26,565 nt of DNA from Candidatus Coatesbacteria bacterium (GTDB lineage: Bacteria > Oederibacteriota > CAKKQC01): NCBI GenBank assembly GCA_023265785.1, contig JAHFSL010000001.1, forward strand, positions 1 to 26,565. The letters are read 5' to 3'. The first letter of the stretch is position 1; every line of letters begins with the position of its first letter. Both the position numbers and the translations under genes were made by a program. The notes beneath the pieces were generated by a model. That model saw only the letters and a list, made by a program, of their open reading frames with translations. It was not told the DNA's origin and made no database searches. Shown here piece after piece: positions 15,503 through 22,774 of the stretch.

Positions 15503-17022
15503 CGGCCTTGTCCGCTCCGCACTCCCGGCCCGCGCGGGTCGTGGTGGCCCTGACCGGGCTCCTGGTGGCGGGCCCGGTGCTGGCGGCGGCTGACTGGGGC
15601 GGGCTGGGTCACGCCGGCCAGCCGCTGGCCGCCGGCGCCGAGCCGGCGGCGGCATACCTCTCTGCCGACCGGGTCCTCCTGGCGGCGGGCCGGACGGCGG
15701 AGGATGGCCGGGCCCGGCTCTACGCCTGGACGCGGCAATCCGGCGACTGGTCGCCGCTCGCCGGCGGGGCGGCCCTGGACGCGACGGAGGGCCGGGATAC
15801 GCGCGCGGCCGCCGTGGCGACCGATGGGCAGGGTCACGCGGCGGTGGTGTACGCGGGATTCGAGGGCGGCGCGTGGCGCTTGTATGGGCGCTGGTTTGAC
15901 GGGGCCAATTTTCTCCCGCTGAACGGCGGCCAGCCGGTGGACCGCGGCCTTCCGGGCAATGCCTTCGCCTCCTCGGCGGCATTCCTGGACGCGGGCACGC
16001 TCGCCCTCGCCCTCACGCAGTTTGACGGGCGGCGGACGGCCCTGTTTGTCCGCACCTTCGACGGGGCCGGCTGGGCGGATGAGAACGGTGGGGCGGCCCT
16101 GGATGACCCGGCCGGCGGGTGGACGGAGTCGCCGGTCCTTGCGGCGGCGCCCGATGGGACGGCGGCCGTCGCCTTCGTGCAGGGCGGGACGCTCGGGATC
16201 GTCCGCCTCGCGGCCGGCCGCTGGTCGCGCCTGCCGGCACCGGGCGTTCCCGCGCACACCGCCGGGGCCTCCGCCCCCGCCGCCGGCTTCCTGCCGGACG
16301 GGCGGCTGGTCGTGGCCGTCCTGCGTGAGACCGGCGAGGGCGTCTCCCGCGTCTTCGCCTCCACATGGGATGGGACGGCCTGGCGCGAGGCCAACGGGGG
16401 GGCGCCGGTGGACGACAGCGCGTCCGGGGTGGCAGGGCTCGCCCTGGCGCGGGACGGGGCGCAGGCCGTGCAGATTGCCTATGTGGCTCTTGATGCGGAG
16501 GGTGGCACCACGGTTCGGGCCGTGCGGCTCGAGGGGGTGGCCGTCTCGTCCGTCAACGGGGGCGCGGCCCTCGAGGCGCCGGGCGCGGGTCCCGTGACGG
16601 CGGTCGCCCTGGCGGTGGCTCCGGGCGGGGAGGGGACCGCAGGCCTGCTGGCCATGGCCAGCGGGAGCGGCGGGGTGTATGTCCGGGAGCGGACGGAGGC
16701 GCCGCGTGCGGCGGCACCTGCCGCCGGACCGGCGGAGCGCCCCGCGGGCGTGCGGGTCGTCGGCGGGGTCCTGCACGCGGGTCGGGGCGAATCCACGCGG
16801 GTGCAGGTGGGGCTGGACCGCGGCCAGCGCGTCCGCGTGGACATCACGACGCTGACGGGATCGCTGGTCCGCGTCCTGGCGGATGGTCCGGCGGCCGGGA
16901 GCCTGGACCTGGCGTGGGATGGCCGCAATGAGGACGGCCTGCTCGTGGCGCCGGGGGCCTACCGGCTGGTGACGCGCGGGGAGACGCTCCGGAGCGCACG
17001 CCTCCTCGTGGTGGTGCGGTGA
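15499..17022 (+). CDS. Secreted repeat (probable beta-propeller) protein with C-terminal FlgD-like Ig domain
   Basis: Signal peptide ...VVVALTGLLVAGPVLA. Repeats of the type W-x3-(N/A)GG-x-(A/P)-(L/V)-D. C-terminus RVRVDITTLTGSLVRVL...LAWDGRNEDGLLVAPGAYRLV is FlgD_ig-like. ATGA overlap. Confidence 0.7.
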   Translation: MTALSAPHSRPARVVVALTGLLVAGPVLAAADWGGLGHAGQPLAAGAEPAAAYLSADRVLLAAGRTAEDGRARLYAWTRQSGDWSPLAGGAALDATEGRDTRAAAVATDGQGHAAVVYAGFEGGAWRLYGRWFDGANFLPLNGGQPVDRGLPGNAFASSAAFLDAGTLALALTQFDGRRTALFVRTFDGAGWADENGGAALDDPAGGWTESPVLAAAPDGTAAVAFVQGGTLGIVRLAAGRWSRLPAPGVPAHTAGASAPAAGFLPDGRLVVAVLRETGEGVSRVFASTWDGTAWREANGGAPVDDSASGVAGLALARDGAQAVQIAYVALDAEGGTTVRAVRLEGVAVSSVNGGAALEAPGAGPVTAVALAVAPGGEGTAGLLAMASGSGGVYVRERTEAPRAAAPAAGPAERPAGVRVVGGVLHAGRGESTRVQVGLDRGQRVRVDITTLTGSLVRVLADGPAAGSLDLAWDGRNEDGLLVAPGAYRLVTRGETLRSARLLVVVR

Positions 17023-17948
17023 GCCGCCCCGGAACCGGTCCGGCGGTGGGCCGCGCGTTGGCGGGGGCCCTGGCCGCGGGGTTCATCCTCCTCGGGCGGA
17101 CGGCGCGCGGGGAGGACTCCGGCCTCGGCGCGGGCCAGGCCCTGGACCTCATGGGATCGGCCCGGTCGGCGGCGCTGGCGGCCGATACCGCCGCCGGCGA
17201 GGGGGTCTCGGGGCTGGCCGTCAATCCCGCCGCCCTCGCGGGTCAACAGCGCCCGGCGGGCGCCGGGACGATGGTCGGCGGGCTGGGCGGCGCCCGCGTG
17301 GGCCAGGTGGCGGCGGCCGTTCCCACCCCCGCGGGCACGCTGGCCTTCGGCCTGGGGGCCGCGGATGCGGGGGACATCGAGCTGGACGACGCGTCCGGAA
17401 ATTCCCGGACGGTTCCCGCCCAGCGGGATGTCCTCGCCACGGTGGGGTTCGGCCGGCGTCTCGCGGCGGGCGTGGAGGCCGGGGTGGCCGTGACATCGTA
17501 CCGGTCCACCCTCGCCGGGACTTACAGCGCCCGGACGGTGGCGGGAGACGCCGGGATCCGCTGGACCAGCGGCGATGGCGCCGTGGCGCTGGGGCTCGTC
17601 CTCGCCCGGTACGGCCGCGGGCTGGCCTACGCCGGTGAGCGGGTGGCCCTGGCCCGCACGACTCGCCTGGGCGCCGCGTGGCGGCCCGTCCAGGGCAGGG
17701 CGCTCGCGGTGGTCCTGGCCACGGACTACGGTGCCGCGGCCTTCGGTCCCGACACGCTCGGGGCCGGCGCGGAGCTGGTCGGACTGGGTGTCCTCGCCCT
17801 GCGGGCGGGGGTGAGTGTGCTGGGCGGGGTGGCGACAGCCGGGGCCGGCATGGGGCTGGCGCTTGGCCGCCTCCGGTTCGACTACGCGCTGGCCGCGCCC
17901 GCGCGGGTGGCGCCGGTGTCCCGTGCCACGCTCACGGTGGCGCTCTGA
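17019..17948 (+). CDS. PorV/PorQ (UPF0164)-like outer-membrane beta-barrel protein
   Basis: Signal peptide, then ALDLMGSARSAALA...GLAVNPAALA (compare FLxIxxGARAxxMG...xxNPAGLA), alternating beta strands, LALRAG...GAGMGL...RFDYA...RATLTVAL at the end. GTGA overlap. Confidence 0.7.
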   Translation: MSRPGTGPAVGRALAGALAAGFILLGRTARGEDSGLGAGQALDLMGSARSAALAADTAAGEGVSGLAVNPAALAGQQRPAGAGTMVGGLGGARVGQVAAAVPTPAGTLAFGLGAADAGDIELDDASGNSRTVPAQRDVLATVGFGRRLAAGVEAGVAVTSYRSTLAGTYSARTVAGDAGIRWTSGDGAVALGLVLARYGRGLAYAGERVALARTTRLGAAWRPVQGRALAVVLATDYGAAAFGPDTLGAGAELVGLGVLALRAGVSVLGGVATAGAGMGLALGRLRFDYALAAPARVAPVSRATLTVAL

Positions 17949-18697
17949 TGCCCAGCGTCAGCCCCGGGCGGCAGGCCCCGGAACAACTCCTCCTGCGCCT
18001 GCGGCGTATCGGCTGGCTGTTCGCGCTGTTCTTTACGGTCCTGTTCGCCGCGGTCCACTGGATCGTCGAGGATGTCCGCGACGCCGTGGTGACGCTCCGG
18101 CCCGGGACGGATCTGGTGGCGCGCGTGGATGATGCCGCCACCCGGCTCGACGCGGCCCTGGGCGTGGCCGCGGTCAGCCTGCTCCCGGTCTTCGCCCTGG
18201 CGTGGATGCTGGCCCGGCGGTACGTCAAGCGCAACCATCTGCAGGAGCTCGGCGAAGCCAGTTTCCGCAAGTCCCAGTTCGTGACCATGGCGACGATGGA
18301 GGAGGCGGTGCGCGGGGTGATTGCCGTGGCGGAGCGCAAGGGCGTCCGGGTGGCCGTGACGGGTTCCACGCACGCGTGGGTGGCGGCCGACCGCCTGCGC
18401 GTCCGGCAGGTGACCCTGAACCTGCTGGTCAACGCGGTCAACGCCAGCCCGCGGGGCAGTGTGGTGGAGTGCCAGGTCGAGCCGGATGGGCCGCACATCC
18501 GCGTCTCGGTGGCCGACGCGGGCCGGGGCATCCCCGAACAGGAACTGCCGCGCCTCATCAGCGACCTCCGCCAGGTGCGCAGTGCCCGGGCCGTGCGGGA
18601 GGGCCTGGGGCTGGACCTGTCGGTGTGCCGCCGGCTGATCGAGCTCAATGGTGGCCGGATCTGGGCGGAGAACGACCCGGCGGCCGGCGGGAATTAG
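17948..18697 (+). CDS. Two-TM sensor fused to a degenerate HATPase_c domain, lacking the DHp/phospho-His region (pseudokinase or decayed kinase)
   Basis: Two TMs (IGWLFALFFTVLFAAVHWI; ALGVAAVSLLPVFALAWML); N box RQVTLNLLVNAV, G1 VADAGRGIP, G2 GLGLDLSVCRRL, GGRIWAE. No H-box. Ends at a TAG in frame with the next gene. Confidence 0.7.
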   Translation: MPSVSPGRQAPEQLLLRLRRIGWLFALFFTVLFAAVHWIVEDVRDAVVTLRPGTDLVARVDDAATRLDAALGVAAVSLLPVFALAWMLARRYVKRNHLQELGEASFRKSQFVTMATMEEAVRGVIAVAERKGVRVAVTGSTHAWVAADRLRVRQVTLNLLVNAVNASPRGSVVECQVEPDGPHIRVSVADAGRGIPEQELPRLISDLRQVRSARAVREGLGLDLSVCRRLIELNGGRIWAENDPAAGGN

Positions 18698-18700
18698 CCG

Positions 18701-19900
18701 GTGCGTGGGGAGCAGGCGGAATTCATCCGGCAGGCCCGGATCCTGGTGGTGGACGACGACGAGGCGTGCCGCAACCTGCTGGCCGCCTTCCTGGCGCCGA
18801 TCGGGTGCGCGGTCACCCAGGCCGCGGACGGCCGGGAGGCGCTCGAGCGGCTGGAGGACGGGTCCTGGGACGTGGTCCTGCTGGACCTCATCATGCCGGG
18901 CCTCTCCGGGTTCGAGGTTCTGGCCCGCATCCGCGAGACCCGGCCGCAGGAGGTCCTGCCGGTCATCCTGATCACCGGCCAGGATGACGCGGACACCCGG
19001 ATGGAGGCGCTGGCCCTCCGCGCGAACGACTTCCTGGCGAAGCCGATCCACCACGCCGAGGTGATGGCGCGCATGGGGACCATCCTGGCCATGCACTGGG
19101 CGCGCGAGGAACTGGAGGAGCGGCTGACGGAACTGCGGAACGCGCAGGACCTCAAGGACCTGCTGATCAACTGCGTCATCCACGACCTCAAGGGGCCGCT
19201 CACGAGCGCCAAGGGCAATATCGAACTCGCGCTGGACCGCCTGCCGGACGGCCCGGCCGCCCGGCAGTTGCGGCGGGCGGCGGACGCCATTGACCGGACC
19301 GTGGGGATGGCCGCGGACGCGGTGGCCGTCGCGCGCATGGAGGAGGAGAAGCTCCGGCCCGCGGCAACGCCGTTCGATGCGGCCGCGCTCGTCCGCCAGC
19401 GCGTCGACGTCCTGCAGGGCATGGCGGCCACCCGTGAGGTCGCGTTGGTCGGGCCGGAGCCCGGCGCGGAGGCTCCGGCGGCGCGCGGCGATGAGGGGCT
19501 GATGGCGCGGGTCCTCGACAACCTGATCGTCAACGCCCTCAAGCACACCCCGGCAGGGGGGCGGGTGACGGTCGGCGCGGAGCGCGGACCGGAGGGCACC
19601 GTCACCTTCGCCGTGGTGGACACCGGGGAGGGCATCCCCGCGGCCTGGCTCCACCGGATCTTTGATAAATTTTCCCAGGTGGAAATGCGGCGGAAGGGGC
19701 TGGGGACCGACACCGGACTGGGGCTCACCTTCTGCAAGCTGGCCGTGGAGGCCCAGGGCGGCCGGATCGAGGTGGACAGTGAGCCGGGGACCGGCTCCAC
19801 CTTCCGGGTGAGCCTGCCGGGAGCCGTCGCCAGCGAACCGGCGGCGCTGGAATCCGTCGTCAGGTGGCAAACCGCCGCCGGGGTGGCCGCGGTCGCCTGA
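18701..19900 (+). CDS. Cytoplasmic hybrid histidine kinase (REC-HisKA-HATPase_c)
   Basis: RILVVDDD, VLLDLIMP, FLAKP; H-box VIHDLKGPL; NLIVNALKHT, DTGEGIP, IFDKFSQV, TGLGLTFCK, GSTFRVSLP. Confidence 0.92.
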   Translation: MRGEQAEFIRQARILVVDDDEACRNLLAAFLAPIGCAVTQAADGREALERLEDGSWDVVLLDLIMPGLSGFEVLARIRETRPQEVLPVILITGQDDADTRMEALALRANDFLAKPIHHAEVMARMGTILAMHWAREELEERLTELRNAQDLKDLLINCVIHDLKGPLTSAKGNIELALDRLPDGPAARQLRRAADAIDRTVGMAADAVAVARMEEEKLRPAATPFDAAALVRQRVDVLQGMAATREVALVGPEPGAEAPAARGDEGLMARVLDNLIVNALKHTPAGGRVTVGAERGPEGTVTFAVVDTGEGIPAAWLHRIFDKFSQVEMRRKGLGTDTGLGLTFCKLAVEAQGGRIEVDSEPGTGSTFRVSLPGAVASEPAALESVVRWQTAAGVAAVA

Positions 19901-19916
19901 CCCGTCCGGGCCGCGG

Positions 19917-19925
19917 TGTTACAAT
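19917..19925 (+). promoter_or_regulatory. Putative extended -10 promoter (TGnTACAAT) for the PATAN/Mgl operon
   Basis: TGTTACAAT in the only AT-rich stretch after the kinase stop; an ATG follows at 19935. Confidence 0.6.
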
Positions 19926-19967
19926 AATCGCTCGATGAATTCCTGCGGGCGCAAGCGGTAAGTCCGT

Positions 19968-20867
19968 ATGGGCCTGATCGCCGGGTCCGCCTTCGCGTCC
20001 GCCGTGGACACCCTGAAGTTTCCCCCGACCTCGTTCCCCAAGGGCAAGCCGGTCCAGAAGAACCTGGACACGCACTACATCCACCTGGCGGGCCTGTTCC
20101 GCAGCCTGGCGTCCGAGGGATTCGGCGGCATCGTCCTGATGGTCTTCGAGGACGGCTCGGAGGCCCTGATCGTGTTCCGCGAGGGCACCATCATCACCGC
20201 GTACCACGCCGGGCCCGAGGGTCGGAAGGTCGGCCTGCCCGCCCTGACGCAGGCCATCGTCCAGGCCCGCCAGATCCGGGCCTATGTGGATGTCTTCAAG
20301 CTGGAGCACGAGATCCTGGTGGCCATCCTGCCCCTCCTGCACGGCGTGCAGGTGCCGACGCAGGCGAAGGGGCAGTCGCTCGAGGAGCGGCTCGCCGAAT
20401 TCAAGAAGGCGGAGTTCGTCGGGGCCATCGTGGTGGGGGAGCAGGTTCCCGAATCCATCGGCTTGATCTACGCCGGGATCCCCATGGGCTGGTTTGACGC
20501 GCAGGGGACGGAATCCGAGACCGGATCCCAGCCTCCACCCCACCGGTCCCTCACGGTCCGCGCCTTTGCCCTGGAGGGGGCGGATACCTTCGCGGCCATC
20601 AACCTGGCGCTCGACAAGCAGATCGTCGCCGGCAGGATCCGGGAGGTGCTCGAGAAGGACCTGCACGAATTCGGGCTCGTCCTGTATGCCCGCGGCCTGG
20701 CGGCGCGCGAGGTGGTGGAGGAATCCAGGGCCAGCAAGGCCCAGTTCACCGGGCTGATCGAGGACATTGAGCGGGCGGTCGGCGTCCTGCGCGGACCGGC
20801 GCCGGCCCGGCGGCTGGCCGCCGACCTGCACGGGGTCGTGGACGCGATGATTGACGTGGGGTTCTAG
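19968..20867 (+). CDS. Protein with two tandem DUF4388/PATAN-like domains and a helical C-terminal domain
   Basis: Repeat 1 LAGLFRSLASEGFGGIVLMVFEDGSEALIVFREGTIITAY; repeat 2 LEERLAEFKKAEFVGAIVVGEQVPESIGLIYAGIPMG. Both fit the L..L..L....F.G.+.......G.+.F..G.+..A pattern. Recognised by pattern only. Confidence 0.55.
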   Translation: MGLIAGSAFASAVDTLKFPPTSFPKGKPVQKNLDTHYIHLAGLFRSLASEGFGGIVLMVFEDGSEALIVFREGTIITAYHAGPEGRKVGLPALTQAIVQARQIRAYVDVFKLEHEILVAILPLLHGVQVPTQAKGQSLEERLAEFKKAEFVGAIVVGEQVPESIGLIYAGIPMGWFDAQGTESETGSQPPPHRSLTVRAFALEGADTFAAINLALDKQIVAGRIREVLEKDLHEFGLVLYARGLAAREVVEESRASKAQFTGLIEDIERAVGVLRGPAPARRLAADLHGVVDAMIDVGF

Positions 20868-20953
20868 CCATGAAGAAACCTGATCGGGAATGCGACGCCT
20901 CAACGGCCGCCGGGCACCCGGCACAGCCGGGCGCCCGGCGCGAAGCCTAGACG

Positions 20954-21331
20954 ATGCAATTCACGAACCGGGAATATTTTCTCTTCGTGGTCGTGACGAA
21001 CTACCTCACGATTATCAGCGGGGTGCTGTTCCTGCTGGCCTTCATCCTGCTCGGCCTGCTCGCGCTCCGGGTCACGCGCGTGTTCGGGGTCAAGACCCAC
21101 TGGCCCCTGCTGTTCCTGGGCCCCGTCGGGGCCATCATGTACTCGGTGTACACCATCGTGCACGGCGGAGGCCCGTCGGGATCCAAGGAGGCCTACGCGC
21201 TCGAGCGCTGGGTGGCGTACGGCGCGTTCCTGGCGGGCGGCCTGTTGTGCTGGTGGGGGGTGTACCGGTTCCACCGGTCGCTGGATGGGCTGGTGCGCGA
21301 GGGCCGGGACGTCGGAAAGAAATATGGTTGA
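20954..21331 (+). CDS. Small integral membrane protein (3 TM), unknown function
   Basis: Three hydrophobic segments; FG-x4-W loop motif; overlaps the next gene by 8 nt. Confidence 0.75.
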   Translation: MQFTNREYFLFVVVTNYLTIISGVLFLLAFILLGLLALRVTRVFGVKTHWPLLFLGPVGAIMYSVYTIVHGGGPSGSKEAYALERWVAYGAFLAGGLLCWWGVYRFHRSLDGLVREGRDVGKKYG

Positions 21332-21686
21332 GGCGCTGTCCGAGATCCCATCCGACTACCTGGTCTACGAGGCCGGCGGGCTGGTCTTCTTCTTTGCCCT
21401 GCTCGGGTTCACCTATACGTCGCGTCGGTTGATGGCCCTCTTCGGCCGGGGCGCGTTCTGGCTCCTGCCGCTGGTGGGCGCCCTGTGCATGGTGGCCGTC
21501 GTGGGCCTGCACTTCTATGCGAACGTCTGGTATCCCATGGAGCATGCGGGCGACCCCGGCCTGACCGCCGCCATCTACCGCTTCCGGTTCGTGGCCCTGA
21601 TCGCCCTGCTGGCGTCCAGCGTCACCACGGTGCTGGGCGCGGTCCTGCTCTGGATGATGTTCACCGGGTTCCGGGTCCGGGGTTAG
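21324..21686 (+). CDS. Small integral membrane protein (3 TM), apparent paralogue of the preceding gene
   Basis: ATG 21324 after GGAAAGA; three hydrophobic segments; same FG-x4-W loop. Confidence 0.75.
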   Translation: MVEALSEIPSDYLVYEAGGLVFFFALLGFTYTSRRLMALFGRGAFWLLPLVGALCMVAVVGLHFYANVWYPMEHAGDPGLTAAIYRFRFVALIALLASSVTTVLGAVLLWMMFTGFRVRG

Positions 21687-21688
21687 CC

Positions 21689-22264
21689 GTGGCCGTCCAT
21701 CACATTCCCGGCCGCGAGATCGTCTACAAGGTGGCCTATCACGGGCCCGGAATGTGCGGGAAAACGACCAATCTCCGGTTCATCTATAACACCCTGCCGG
21801 GCCGGCAGGTTGGGAACTTCCTGGTTCTCGACACGGCCGTCGAGCGCACGCTGTACTACGACTTTCTGCCGGTGGTCATCCCGGTTGAGGACGGCTACAA
21901 GGTCCGCTTTCATCTGTATACGGTGCCCGGCCAGCCCTACTACGACGCCAGCCGCAAGCTGGTCCTGAAGGGCGTGGATGGCGTCGTGTTTGTCGCGGAT
22001 TCCCACCCCGAGCGCATGAACGAGAACCTGGACTCGCTGACGATGCTGAAGAAGGACCTGCACGAGGTGGGACTGGACTACACGACCCTTCCGCTCATCA
22101 TGCAGTACAACAAGCGGGACCTGCCCACCCCCCTGGCCATGAACCTGCTTGACGAAAAGTTGAACGAGACGAAGGCCCCGGTGTTCGGCGCGGTGGCACG
22201 GGACGGGATGGGCGTGTTCGAGACCCTGGCGGCCATGGCCGAGATGATCACCCGGAAGGCCTGA
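21689..22264 (+). CDS. mglA: MglA-family small Ras-like GTPase
   Basis: GTG start 2 nt after the upstream stop. REIVYKVAYHGPGMCGKTTNL, ERTLYYDFLP (intrinsic Arg finger), RFHLYTVPGQ, YDASRKLVLKGVDGVVFVADS, QYNKRDLP, GVFETL; nearly colinear with Myxococcus MglA. Confidence 0.95.
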   Translation: MAVHHIPGREIVYKVAYHGPGMCGKTTNLRFIYNTLPGRQVGNFLVLDTAVERTLYYDFLPVVIPVEDGYKVRFHLYTVPGQPYYDASRKLVLKGVDGVVFVADSHPERMNENLDSLTMLKKDLHEVGLDYTTLPLIMQYNKRDLPTPLAMNLLDEKLNETKAPVFGAVARDGMGVFETLAAMAEMITRKA

Positions 22265-22268
22265 CCCC

Positions 22269-22643
22269 GTGTCCCTCAAGGCGCTTGAACTCAATGCGGG
22301 CGATGTGGAACTGATGGAGGCTGAATTGCGGACGCTTTGTGCCCGCGCGGGCGCCGAGTCGGTCGTCCTCCTCGACCTGTCGGGGGTGATCCTGGCGGGC
22401 CACCGCCTGCCGGAAAAGGTGGATACGCTCCTGTTTGCCGCCCTCCTGACCTCCAACTTCGCGGCGACCGAGGAACTGTCCCGGCGGCTGGGTGTCACCT
22501 CCTTCCGGGTCATGTATCACGAGGGCAAGCGCCAGAACATCTATTTCGACAAGGTGGCCGAGGAGACGATTCTGGTCGTGCTCTTCCGGGACTCCAACGC
22601 GCTGGGCCGGGTCCGGCTCTTCACCGAGAAGTCGGTGACCTAG
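22269..22643 (+). CDS. mglB: MglB/roadblock-LC7 protein, apparently interrupted by an in-frame TAG (frame continues to 22769)
   Basis: VVLLDLSGVILAG, LFAALLTSNFAATEELSRRLG, FRVMYHEGKRQNIYF, ILVVLF...LGRVRL. TAG 22641-22643 falls in the last roadblock helix, and 41 more in-frame codons follow. Confidence 0.8.
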   Translation: MSLKALELNAGDVELMEAELRTLCARAGAESVVLLDLSGVILAGHRLPEKVDTLLFAALLTSNFAATEELSRRLGVTSFRVMYHEGKRQNIYFDKVAEETILVVLFRDSNALGRVRLFTEKSVT

Positions 22644-22774
22644 CTGGGCAAGCTGGTTGCCGCGGTGACGAAACCCGAGGGGGAGCGGCTGGACCTGGCC
22701 GCGGGCCGCCAGGCGGCCGCGTGGCTGGCCCAGGTCGCCAATACGATTCAGCCCGGAAAGTTGGCCTAGGAATT

